Position numbers and translations under genes: made by a program | Notes under the pieces: model-generated | Told to the model about the DNA's origin: nothing | Database searches by the model: none | What the model saw: the letters and a program-made list of their open reading frames with translations, nothing else | Shown: piece after piece, positions 9,365-18,695 of the stretch | Layout of the letters: every line of letters begins with the position of its first letter | Numbering within the stretch: position 1 is the first letter of the stretch | Origin: a virus | DNA length: 40,901 nt | Virus genome (UHGV): UHGV-1629914 | Reading direction: 5' to 3' (one strand)

Positions 9365-9415
9365 ATGTGATATGATGCAAAATGCATATTCATATTGTAT
9401 ATGAATATGATACAA
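9365..9415 (-). promoter_or_regulatory. class B conserved upstream element (about 50 bp)
   Basis: Near-identical copy at 14415-14470 (ATGATGCAAAATGCATATTCA ... GAATATGATACAACA on plus); both lie just upstream of replication genes. Confidence 0.5.
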
Positions 9416-9423
9416 CAAACGTG

Positions 9424-10548
9424 TCATTTTTGCACAGCATGACCGCAATCGTACACAGGAACATAGCCTGCGTCAAGCATCTCTTGCGCATCTTGCCCGC
9501 AGTCTTCAATATGTTCTTTTGTCTTCAAATGACACCAGTGTTTGCGAATTGTTGACCTGTCATCTGACAGCTGCGGATTGAGTGCGAAGTCAGTTGAGTC
9601 TACTGGTTCACCTGCAAGATGCTTTCGAATGATGTCAATGATTTGGCTGTCGTCCATCCATTCGAATATCGTTATGCAAGTGTAGCCATGTTGAATAGCA
9701 AGTTGAGTTTTGTTAAAGTGATAGTCAAAAGGTCGCAACCAATTGCGTGATGATTGTTGACGCAAATATGAATATGAATATGCAGAATTATGAGAAAACG
9801 TCGGATTGATTTCAATTAGCACATTGTTAAAGTGCAAGTCGTATGAAAATCTGTCAAAATGCACATCATCATATGAAAAATCTATGCCAAGTGTATCAAG
9901 CAATTTATTATGCCATTGTATGTTAACATTTGATTTTGCTGCGCCTGCTTGTCTGCATTGTATTGTCATGCAATTCCATGGCACACCATATCGTTCTTCA
10001 CAAGTTTTAGACACGTCACTTGGCGCTCTAAACAAATGGCCGTATTTGTTCATTTTTGTAGTGACCATTTTATTGATATCGCCAAATGCATTGCCGTGCT
10101 TTTTAATTTTGCCGGCAACCATATTTGTAGTATTGCCATTAGACTTGCCATAGCGCGCTTCATTTGTTCGTCTACGTTTGTCTAAATCACCACAGCCATT
10201 GCCATAAATTTCAAGCTTTCGTTTTTGTGCAAGCTTAACGTTGCCAAATGCATTGCCGTATATGGCTTCTTTAGTTTTTAGCATTTTGTCTATGCCGCCA
10301 TGCCCATTGCCATATCGTGCATATTTTGTTGCAACGCCTTTTTGCACATGTTCATGCACTTGATTAGCATTTTCTACGCCATGTCTTTTTAATGTGCCAA
10401 TTTTGACATTGTAATGAATTTTAATACTACTATGTGATGTCTTGTATTTTGCATATCTCACAAAGGGTGTTTCTGCAAGCAATCTATCTCTTTCCTCTTC
10501 AAGCTCTTTAATTCGAGCTTCAAGAGCTTCTCCAGTTAGTGGTTCCAT
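9424..10548 (-). CDS. homing-endonuclease-like protein with seven tandem K/R-rich YG repeats
   Basis: 374 aa: N-terminal coiled-coil-like segment, about seven repeats of roughly 19 aa (K-x-YGN-x-G pattern), and a C-terminal region (LIEINPTFSH ... GYTCITIFEW) resembling the C-terminus of ORF 21877..22707. Confidence 0.45.
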   Translation of the reverse strand: MEPLTGEALEARIKELEEERDRLLAETPFVRYAKYKTSHSSIKIHYNVKIGTLKRHGVENANQVHEHVQKGVATKYARYGNGHGGIDKMLKTKEAIYGNAFGNVKLAQKRKLEIYGNGCGDLDKRRRTNEARYGKSNGNTTNMVAGKIKKHGNAFGDINKMVTTKMNKYGHLFRAPSDVSKTCEERYGVPWNCMTIQCRQAGAAKSNVNIQWHNKLLDTLGIDFSYDDVHFDRFSYDLHFNNVLIEINPTFSHNSAYSYSYLRQQSSRNWLRPFDYHFNKTQLAIQHGYTCITIFEWMDDSQIIDIIRKHLAGEPVDSTDFALNPQLSDDRSTIRKHWCHLKTKEHIEDCGQDAQEMLDAGYVPVYDCGHAVQK

Positions 10549-10567
10549 ATGTCATTTGTGTAAATAT

Positions 10568-10614
10568 CAACAAAAATAGCGCAGCAGTATAATCTCACGA
10601 CTAACTGCTGCGCT
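10568..10614 (-). terminator. putative intrinsic terminator
   Basis: 10-bp perfect stem AGCGCAGCAG/CTGCTGCGCT (10578-10614) followed on the minus strand by a T-rich run. Confidence 0.4.
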
Positions 10615-10784
10615 TGAACATTGTGCTATGAAAGAATGACCATCCCAAACACCCAAACAAGCACAAATGTTCCGACACAAGAAAACGGAAGAACCCGAAA
10701 GAAGCGAGGAGCACGCTTTGTTTGTGACTGGATTATGTTATCAATGTATGTACTTATAGGGTGTTTGTTCGTGGGTTCTTGTCA

Positions 10785-13700
10785 TCAAAAGCCTCGATTC
10801 ATCAGTTCATCAGCAAGTCGTTCAAGTTCAGTAGCAGCTTTTTGTCGCTTGGCTTCTCTTTCTGCTTCAACATCTGCTTTGCTTACTGGTGATTCCAAGT
10901 CTTTTGCAGGTGCATCTTCAATAACAGTCAAATTGCTGTCATCAAACTTGTTGTCAATGTCAACTCGTTTGAATGATATGATGCCTGATGACACCTGAGC
11001 TTCTGCTTGTTGTTTGTCAAATACAAGACTACTAATCGTTGATTGCAGTTTTGCAGATGCCAGCAATCGTTCTGTGTTATCTGCAAAAATGTCATCAGTA
11101 AACAATACATGCAGCATTTGAGCAATCGAATCACGACTTCTGCTGTAGCCACTGTCAAATGCAGGCAACTGCTTAATTGCATAGATGTCGCCATCATGTA
11201 CAGTAATTGCATTGAACATGCGCCTTGCAATTGATGCAACCGAATCAAGTACGTCTGGTGATTGTGGTGTGTAGCCTCGTGAATCAAAGTATATGAGTGC
11301 AGAGTTCTTAACAATTTGGTCGACAACTTCTGATGCAATTGAAACTGCATCTTTGCTATTGTTGAAGACATCATTCAGCATATATGACACAATCTTGATG
11401 TTTGATTCATGCATTGTGCCACTTGAGCCCGCATCAAATATTGACACTGCGTCTTTGATTGATTTGAGTCTTGCAAGTCGATACATGTCTTTGTTGTCAA
11501 TGACATACATATCGATAGTCTTCATGATTGTGTCAAACAAGTAATGATGTGACAATGTTCGCAATGCATGTCGCCAATCATCAAATACTCGTCTGTCTTC
11601 TACAAGATATGTAAGCTTGCCATTTTTCTTGACAAGTTCAAATCTGTCTGATTCTTGAACTTGCTCTGCTGGCAAATTCATGATGACTTCGAATGTGGCT
11701 TGATTGACAAATGATGCAAACATTTTGCCAATCTTGCTGTTCTTTTCTTGACGGTACTCTGCTCGAGCTTCTTTTGCTGCATTGAGAACTTGAGCAATCA
11801 TCATGTCATCTGCAACAACATCTTGTACGACTTTGCATTCATAGCCATATGATGACAACGTGTTTTGAATGATGACAAGCTGAGTAGCCCATTGTCGCCA
11901 TTTCTGCTCAAACATATTGAGCTTGTATGCAGTCAAGTGAATCTTGATTTCACCTGTGTACGGGTCACGATAGAAATACGGTGCATTGAATGCCCATTCA
12001 AAGAAATCAAAGAGACTTCTTGAGTCATTGCGCTTTGTCTGCATTTGCAAAATGTCCCAGAATGACAGCTTTTCAACATTTGTCAATGTCAAGTCAAGCT
12101 CATCATATGCAGTAATGTTTCGTGGGTCGCCATTCGATTTTGTCATACTGAAATACACATATGACTGAATGGATATTTTGCGAAGCCGTGAGTTAAATTG
12201 TTCGATTTCTTGACCTGTAAATGCCTCGTCATAAATGACATCGAATTCGTAGCTGTCATTGATATCAATGCCAACTGACAAGTAATTTGTGCAAAACAGC
12301 AGTTCAATATCACCGATTGTACCAGATTCATTGATTGATTGAACAAAGTCATGCATTGCATTATCACGCTTGTAATACTTGACTTTCGGATTTCTGCCAA
12401 GCATCATTCGAACTGCGCCTACAATTGCATGAGTAAATGCATCGCCTTTGTTTGTTGGGAACAGAATTCGTTTGCCTGCTTTAATTGCTGTTGAGATATG
12501 TGATGCAAGTTTTGTAATCTTGTCGCCGTCATGTTTGCAGCAGACAAATCTGACACCTTTGTTGTAATTAAGCGGCTTGTCGCAGAATATGACAGTGTCA
12601 AAATGACAGAACATGTGTTCAGCTACAGGTGTGCCTGTCATCAAAATGACTTTTGTCTGCAACTTTGTTAAGTTGTCAATTACATTTGCAGGCACAACAT
12701 CACGATATGCAGACATTGTCAACAAGTGTGACTCGTCGACGACAACGTAGTCATATAAAATTGATACTTCCTCTGGGTCAGCTAATGTAAACTTATCGAA
12801 TGTCAAAGCTACATTGACATGCTTAGACAATTCAAGACCGCGCTGACCAAATGAGCAATACATGCCAAGGTCTGACATCTCAATCTTTGATTGCAAGATT
12901 GATGTGTATGGTTCAATCAGCATGACTCGTTTTCCATCACGAGTAAGCTGTTTGATGAATTCTGTCTTGCCTGAGCCTGGCCGTGCAATCAAGTAATTGA
13001 TGCCAGTTACAAATGCTTCTTCAAGTTCATGCTTGTATGTTGACAAGTATTCATTTTCTGCAAGTTTGAAGACATGCGTATGTCGAAGTTCAAAGTCTTT
13101 TTGCTGTGCAACTTTCGACATAATGTACTGGCTGATTGCATCTTCTGTGTTGTGTTCAGCAATCAGTTCATTGACAGTTACAGATGACTTGTTAGCAAAC
13201 TTGAATTTGAAGCCATGCTTTTCACGAAGTTCTTTGACAGATGACCACACACATGGACAAGTACCTGCAGCATTACGTTCAACTGCAGACCTGAATGAGT
13301 TTGCCCAGCTGTTATGCTCTGCATTGAACTTTGGGTTGCCTGAACACATTTGCAAGAACATTTGCAACACATGTTCATATTGACCACCTGTAGTTGACTT
13401 CAAATCATATAAAAATGCTAAAGTATATGCAAGTCTGTATCTACCAGTGTTATCGTAGTTTTGTGGAGTGATTGTGAGCATTGTGCCCTCTTCAATCATT
13501 GTGATGTCGTCACGTTGAGTAAAGACTTGCTCGCCGTCAGTCATTGCAGTCATATGAGACTTCGGTGCATAATCAAAACGACCACGAAGTCTATCAAACA
13601 TTGTCTTCAGTTTGTCGATGCAGAATTTTGCATCAACTGAAGCATAGATGCTAACATCAAACTCTGGTTGCTCAATGAATTGCGCGTTTTGATTGATGAT

Positions 13701-14384
13701 GACATCTTTATCTCGTGCAACAAACAGTGGCTGACTAATTTTGCAAACGGATGCATCGACTACTCGAGATTCAGACATTTGTCCAGACTTTTCAAGTCGT
13801 CTTGACAACGTGTTATTTACAGGATGCACTTCTCGAGCCATGTCATGATTGCCCTCTGATTCAAGCTGGTCACTCAGCAACACAAGGCATTTCCAAATGA
13901 CATACAGTTTTGCTTCATATGCATCAAGATATGTTTTCTTTGCTGCAGAAGCATTTTCAGATGACACAAATACAGCGTCTTCAGTTTGAATTGACAGAGG
14001 CTTTGAGATTGTGTAGACGTGCAAGCCTGAACCAGAAGTTGACTTAAGCACAGCAACACACCACGGATATTTGCAAAGCATTGCAGCCAAACGTGGTTTG
14101 ATGATTTCTACGAGTTCTTTTGAATGGAAGTCCAAATCGACTGGCTGCAAGCCTGACCAAGTCAAGTAGTCATGAACTTGCTGTTTTGGTCGAGCAAACA
14201 TTGTCGATTGCGACACAAAGGGACGATGTGCTTTATCTACTGTGTCAAGTGACTCATCATTTGCAACTTTCATGATGAGGTCATACAATGAAATTTGTTG
14301 CTTATTGACAGTGTCTTCTGTTTTACGAACACTGTCGCCCATCATGAACTTTATGCCACTGAGCAAATCTTTGACGTTTGACAT
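10785..14384 (-). CDS. putative DNA primase-helicase (AEP-like primase motif plus SF2-type helicase motifs)
   Basis: 1199 aa: N-terminal KSTSGSGLHVYT (primase motif-II-like), then Walker A IARPGSGKTE, Walker B VVVDESHLL and TGTP motif III. Confidence 0.55.
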   Translation of the reverse strand: MSNVKDLLSGIKFMMGDSVRKTEDTVNKQQISLYDLIMKVANDESLDTVDKAHRPFVSQSTMFARPKQQVHDYLTWSGLQPVDLDFHSKELVEIIKPRLAAMLCKYPWCVAVLKSTSGSGLHVYTISKPLSIQTEDAVFVSSENASAAKKTYLDAYEAKLYVIWKCLVLLSDQLESEGNHDMAREVHPVNNTLSRRLEKSGQMSESRVVDASVCKISQPLFVARDKDVIINQNAQFIEQPEFDVSIYASVDAKFCIDKLKTMFDRLRGRFDYAPKSHMTAMTDGEQVFTQRDDITMIEEGTMLTITPQNYDNTGRYRLAYTLAFLYDLKSTTGGQYEHVLQMFLQMCSGNPKFNAEHNSWANSFRSAVERNAAGTCPCVWSSVKELREKHGFKFKFANKSSVTVNELIAEHNTEDAISQYIMSKVAQQKDFELRHTHVFKLAENEYLSTYKHELEEAFVTGINYLIARPGSGKTEFIKQLTRDGKRVMLIEPYTSILQSKIEMSDLGMYCSFGQRGLELSKHVNVALTFDKFTLADPEEVSILYDYVVVDESHLLTMSAYRDVVPANVIDNLTKLQTKVILMTGTPVAEHMFCHFDTVIFCDKPLNYNKGVRFVCCKHDGDKITKLASHISTAIKAGKRILFPTNKGDAFTHAIVGAVRMMLGRNPKVKYYKRDNAMHDFVQSINESGTIGDIELLFCTNYLSVGIDINDSYEFDVIYDEAFTGQEIEQFNSRLRKISIQSYVYFSMTKSNGDPRNITAYDELDLTLTNVEKLSFWDILQMQTKRNDSRSLFDFFEWAFNAPYFYRDPYTGEIKIHLTAYKLNMFEQKWRQWATQLVIIQNTLSSYGYECKVVQDVVADDMMIAQVLNAAKEARAEYRQEKNSKIGKMFASFVNQATFEVIMNLPAEQVQESDRFELVKKNGKLTYLVEDRRVFDDWRHALRTLSHHYLFDTIMKTIDMYVIDNKDMYRLARLKSIKDAVSIFDAGSSGTMHESNIKIVSYMLNDVFNNSKDAVSIASEVVDQIVKNSALIYFDSRGYTPQSPDVLDSVASIARRMFNAITVHDGDIYAIKQLPAFDSGYSRSRDSIAQMLHVLFTDDIFADNTERLLASAKLQSTISSLVFDKQQAEAQVSSGIISFKRVDIDNKFDDSNLTVIEDAPAKDLESPVSKADVEAEREAKRQKAATELERLADELMNRGF

Positions 14385-14414
14385 ATTTTGTTGTTGCTTT
14401 TTGTTTGGTCAAAA

Positions 14415-14470
14415 TTATATTGAATATGATGCAAAATGCATATTCAAATTATATTGAATATGATACAACA
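14415..14470 (-). promoter_or_regulatory. class B conserved upstream element (second copy)
   Basis: Near-identical to 9365-9415; about 30 nt upstream of the ATG at 14384. Confidence 0.5.
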
Positions 14471-14486
14471 CTTGTGACATTTTTGC

Positions 14487-15128
14487 TTAGAATGCGACAC
14501 CGACATGTGCGCCAATCATAGCAGCTTTTGAGTCAACTTGCTTCATGCAGCCTGCATCAAGACCGATACGCCATTGTAAACTACCCTTGCCAAATTGACG
14601 AGTGTATGACAGCCAATACATATCAATTGACTGTTTGTCAAATGTGCCAAATGCATAGTGAAAGTCTACATTATTTCGTGGTGCATCATTGTCAATGACT
14701 TTGATTGTCGTAGTCTGCACTTCACGAATAACTGTGTCTGCTTTGAACATCAAAATGTCCCAATCACGTTGCTTGATTGTGTTTTGTGTGACATAGTCTT
14801 TTATTGCTATTTGCAGTTTGTCTGACTTCAATGTGTCTGTGTACTCATATTGTGCAAAGTAGTCATTGACATATTGCATGAGCTTTGTTGTATCGATGTC
14901 AACTACAAGTGTAGTGTCACGATACACTGGCACTGGCACAGTTTTGCCTGGCAATCTTATTGTGTCATGCTTAATGAACGTATCTACTTTGAATGTTGGT
15001 TCTGCATTTATAGCATCTTGATATGTTTGCCAGTCTTTTGGACTAACAAAATGCCAATCTTTGAAAATCATGACAGCAGCCAATACAATGACTGCTGTTA
15101 CGACTATGATTTTGAGTGTCTTCAACAT
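14487..15128 (-). CDS. membrane-anchored hypothetical protein (213 aa)
   Basis: N-terminal transmembrane segment LKIIVVTAVIVLAAVMIF. Confidence 0.5.
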   Translation of the reverse strand: MLKTLKIIVVTAVIVLAAVMIFKDWHFVSPKDWQTYQDAINAEPTFKVDTFIKHDTIRLPGKTVPVPVYRDTTLVVDIDTTKLMQYVNDYFAQYEYTDTLKSDKLQIAIKDYVTQNTIKQRDWDILMFKADTVIREVQTTTIKVIDNDAPRNNVDFHYAFGTFDKQSIDMYWLSYTRQFGKGSLQWRIGLDAGCMKQVDSKAAMIGAHVGVAF

Positions 15129-15134
15129 GGTTAC

Positions 15135-16730
15135 TTATGCTTTTGCAGTTACAGATGATAAGACAATTCGTTGCAGGAAATTGCCTGCAGTGTCCATAAT
15201 GTCCCAAGTAGTGCTTGAGCCCTCATTGTTTGACAATGTGAATCTAATGTAATTCGATGTTCTTGTCAATTCATCACGAATGATATTGTTGCCTGAACGT
15301 GCAATGTAACTACCAAATTTTTGCAATGCAATTTGAGCATTATCTGTGTCAAGCAATGCAATTGATATGTCTACAGAAGAGCCCTTTGGGCAGTTGATTG
15401 TTTTGACAACGAACAATGATTGAGCATCATCATTTATCACAAGCTTGCTGATAAGTGTAGGCACTGGTCTGTCAATCTGCAAAACTCTATCTACACCTGT
15501 TTTTGCATTGTCAATGACAGTCTTTTGATTGATGACTTTATGCACAATGTCATATGATTCAAATTTGACTTGAGGCTTACGATGCCAGCAAAGCATTGCA
15601 ATGTCGTCTTCAGACAGAATCAATTGCATTGAACGACTTATGCGTACTTGTCCAAGAGTTGACACGTAATCAAGCACAGCAGTAACATACACAAGAGCCA
15701 TTTTTGGCTTGTTATCTGGATTGTCATCGTCTACAATGATAGGCGACCATTCAACTGCTTGTGTCGCGTTGTCAACATTTGCAAATTGCATATGTCGTAT
15801 GCTTGAATCTATGAGAACGCCTTCTGCATTGTATGCTTGCAAGATAACGTCATACATAACATTCGCGTCGTCAATAAGTTCAAGTCTTGAAATCCAATCT
15901 GACAATTGCATTGTGCGATGCTTCATCTGCATTTCGATACATGCAGGTGCGTATTCGGATTCTTGTCGTAGTACTACATCTGCGTACAAAGTCTCATCTT
16001 CATTGCCAGTCAATAGCAATGCTTGTTTGATTTCTCTAAGAGCAAACTGAGTAAATGTTCTGACTGCACCAGATACAAGCGACTGCTCAAATGAGTAAAC
16101 TTTGTCATCATACACAAGTCCAATCTCAACATTGATATTTGATTGCAATGCTCGTCTTGTAGATGTGCCAAACACGAACTCACGAACTTTAGACATTTCA
16201 TCACTGTTCATTGAACACAAAAAGTCAATATCAACAATTTTGAATTCAATTTCAGTAGTGAATTGCTCATTGTCAATGACAACAATTTTGTTCTTGACAG
16301 GTGTAAACAATGAACGTGCTTTGATGTCAAACAATGACATCAAACTGTACTTGACATCATCAATGTCAATTGACAGTCTAAGCCAAACGCCAATGACATT
16401 TGATGCATAACGAAATCCGCTGACTGCGTATAATCTGCATGTTAGATATTGCAGTTTGTCAAGCGATGTCGTTTTATATGCTGAATCTGCAAAATTTGCG
16501 ACAATTGTGTCTGTGTATGAGTCAGGTGTCAGATATGTCGGCACCTGATATGTAGTGTTTTGTGCAACTGAACTGTATTCACGAACATTGTGTGTTTCTG
16601 CACCATCGGCATTCAATAAATGCACAACACCACCACTTGCAATCTTATGCAAGGGCATATCTGTCATATCATAGACACTTGAATTACCAATCTCAAGGGC
16701 AAAATCTTCAGTCAGTCTCAGTCGTTGCAT
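15135..16730 (-). CDS. hypothetical protein (531 aa)
   Basis: Long ATG-initiated ORF in operon orientation; no motif recognised. Confidence 0.6.
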   Translation of the reverse strand: MQRLRLTEDFALEIGNSSVYDMTDMPLHKIASGGVVHLLNADGAETHNVREYSSVAQNTTYQVPTYLTPDSYTDTIVANFADSAYKTTSLDKLQYLTCRLYAVSGFRYASNVIGVWLRLSIDIDDVKYSLMSLFDIKARSLFTPVKNKIVVIDNEQFTTEIEFKIVDIDFLCSMNSDEMSKVREFVFGTSTRRALQSNINVEIGLVYDDKVYSFEQSLVSGAVRTFTQFALREIKQALLLTGNEDETLYADVVLRQESEYAPACIEMQMKHRTMQLSDWISRLELIDDANVMYDVILQAYNAEGVLIDSSIRHMQFANVDNATQAVEWSPIIVDDDNPDNKPKMALVYVTAVLDYVSTLGQVRISRSMQLILSEDDIAMLCWHRKPQVKFESYDIVHKVINQKTVIDNAKTGVDRVLQIDRPVPTLISKLVINDDAQSLFVVKTINCPKGSSVDISIALLDTDNAQIALQKFGSYIARSGNNIIRDELTRTSNYIRFTLSNNEGSSTTWDIMDTAGNFLQRIVLSSVTAKA

Positions 16731-16797
16731 ATTGTCGAAATCTTGTTTGTGTTATATGTACACAAAACTGCACCAGCAATTTTGCTGGTGCAGCTGG

Positions 16798-17049
16798 TTA
16801 ATTGTTGAGATACTGTTGAAGTTCTACTTCTGTTGCATGTCTGCATTGCTTAACATTGAACACTGTCATAGCATTGCAACTTTTGCATTTATGCCAAATT
16901 TCAGCTACTGCAGTTTGTTCGTTCTTTGGCAATGAACGTCTGTACTTGACAATATCTGTGGTACCGCAGTGTCTACAAGTACCAAGTACAACATACAGTT
17001 TTGAGTTAGTCGCGCTCAATTGTGACATGTCTAACTTCCGCTTCTTCAT
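16798..17049 (-). CDS. small zinc-ribbon-like protein (83 aa)
   Basis: Two CxxC pairs (CRHCG and CKSC); overlaps the downstream gene by about 44 nt. Confidence 0.4.
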   Translation of the reverse strand: MKKRKLDMSQLSATNSKLYVVLGTCRHCGTTDIVKYRRSLPKNEQTAVAEIWHKCKSCNAMTVFNVKQCRHATEVELQQYLNN

Positions 17050-18427
17050 AGCCGTGCTCTCTCAGTTTTTCAATGAGTGCTTCAACATCTGCTCGATAAG
17101 TATCGCGATTATCAGAACGTTCAACTATTTTGTACTCTTTCTTAAGTTCTACAATCTTTGCTTTTAGCTTTTTCTGCTCATCTTGAGTCAATCTACTAAC
17201 AGCAATTTCAAGAACTTTGTGATTGATTGAATGCTCATCAAGAATTGCTTTGACTTGCTTAGTTGTCATTTTATGCAGCACAATGACTTCATCAAGCACT
17301 AATTGAATGAACTTCATGATATCTTCATACCACTGAATTGTAGTACGAATGTCTTCAAGTCGTTTTTGCTTGCGAATTTCATAGAATTGCAAACGCCACT
17401 CGACAAATCGCATAATAAGTGAACCGACTGTTTTATATCGACGAATCTTGTCATCGAAGTCAATAACAGTCAAGTTGTCACGTTCAATTCTGCAGAACAT
17501 TGCAAGAGTCCAGTATAATGAATCTTTTGCAAGCAACTCAGCAAGTTTTGCTTTCGTAAACTTTATCTCATACAGAATCTTGTCTTTGTGAGAGTAATTT
17601 GTCCATGCTTCAATGATGTCGCGGTCAAGCAGCATATTGAGATGGTTTTCATAGCCATCGAATGTGTTATTGTATGGAATTGCAGTCACATTGACTGTGG
17701 TGTCATCAACAACTTCCATTCGACCATGATGCTCATATACACCATTGACAAGTCGCCATTCTCCTTGCAAGCCTTTGACATATGGCGTAATTTTACGTTC
17801 AGAAATATCTTCGCCATCAAGAGCATCAATAACAGCATTGCAAACTTCAATTGGATTACGATTGATAATTGTGCTTGAATAGCCAACCGCGATGCCCATA
17901 ATTGAGTTTAGCAAAATTGTGGGCACAATTGGCAGATAAAATTGCGGCTCAACCTCAATGCCCTCTTGCCAACGATTTGTAAGCAGCTCATTGTCTTTCA
18001 TGAGCAGCTCAAATGCATCTGATAATCGAACAAAGATGTATCGAGGCGCACCTGCATATGGGCTGTAGAACGTGCCAAATTGGCCTTCACCAATGAAATA
18101 TGGAATGTTCTGCTTAAAGTCCTGAGACATGATTGTGATATTGCCCTCAAGACTTGTCTGGCCATGTTCATAGCCGCCCTCTGCTTTCACATAACCCGCA
18201 AATGCACCTACAGTTTGCTTAACGCCGCCTTTAAGACGCTTAAGTGCAACATACATGATTTTTCGTGCAGTAGGCTTAAAGCCATCACGAACATCAGGTA
18301 TTGCACGTTCAAATGCTGTGTGTAATGCATACTCTTTATATCGAGTGTTCAAAAATTCCGCAATGGAAATTTGAATATCTTGTTCTGTCAATGGTTCTGT
18401 ATAGACTTCTTGTTTTCGTCGTGCCAT
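17006..18427 (-). CDS. type II DNA topoisomerase, DNA breakage-reunion subunit (GyrA/ParC-like N-terminal domain)
   Basis: ERAIPDVRDGFKPTARKIMYVALKR matches the GyrA signature. Start taken at the internal ATG (MARRKQ) because the class A motif at 18458-18486 lies inside the ORF-track extension. Confidence 0.85.
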   Translation of the reverse strand: MARRKQEVYTEPLTEQDIQISIAEFLNTRYKEYALHTAFERAIPDVRDGFKPTARKIMYVALKRLKGGVKQTVGAFAGYVKAEGGYEHGQTSLEGNITIMSQDFKQNIPYFIGEGQFGTFYSPYAGAPRYIFVRLSDAFELLMKDNELLTNRWQEGIEVEPQFYLPIVPTILLNSIMGIAVGYSSTIINRNPIEVCNAVIDALDGEDISERKITPYVKGLQGEWRLVNGVYEHHGRMEVVDDTTVNVTAIPYNNTFDGYENHLNMLLDRDIIEAWTNYSHKDKILYEIKFTKAKLAELLAKDSLYWTLAMFCRIERDNLTVIDFDDKIRRYKTVGSLIMRFVEWRLQFYEIRKQKRLEDIRTTIQWYEDIMKFIQLVLDEVIVLHKMTTKQVKAILDEHSINHKVLEIAVSRLTQDEQKKLKAKIVELKKEYKIVERSDNRDTYRADVEALIEKLREHGYEEAEVRHVTIERD

Positions 18428-18457
18428 TGTAGCTAATTTGATTTTATTTCCTATATT

Positions 18458-18486
18458 ATTGTACAACATGCAAAACGAGTTTGCAC
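18458..18486 (-). promoter_or_regulatory. class A promoter-like motif
   Basis: Coding strand reads GTGCAAACTCGTTTTGCATGTTGTACAAT, about 30 nt upstream of the ATG at 18427. Confidence 0.5.
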
Positions 18487-18507
18487 TGTTTTGATACAAC
18501 GATGTTG

Positions 18508-18681
18508 TCAGATTTGCATCATTTGAATATCTTCAAATCTGCAAAGCTGCGCAGTAGACTGAATACGGAATACTAAGAACACGCCACAATCAGTAACACA
18601 TTTAACAAGCGCGTCTTCATTCGTAGGCGTGTACAATACAACATCCCAAGGTTCAAGTTGTTTTGCTTCTTCTGCTGTCAT
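18508..18681 (-). CDS. small hypothetical ORF (57 aa), not in the ORF track
   Basis: Hand translation of an ATG-to-TGA frame filling the gap between two minus-strand genes. Confidence 0.25.
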   Translation of the reverse strand: MTAEEAKQLEPWDVVLYTPTNEDALVKCVTDCGVFLVFRIQSTAQLCRFEDIQMMQI

Positions 18682-18695
18682 ATGCGTGGTGTAGT

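Noticed and set aside
9348-9380. ORF-track N-terminal extensions: clamp loader to 9380, topoisomerase genes to 18499 and 28632, reductase to 38547, membrane protein to 21509
   Set aside because: The extensions overlap conserved upstream motifs or a terminator hairpin, and at least two begin with a non-ATG codon; internal ATGs at the conserved N-termini are more plausible.
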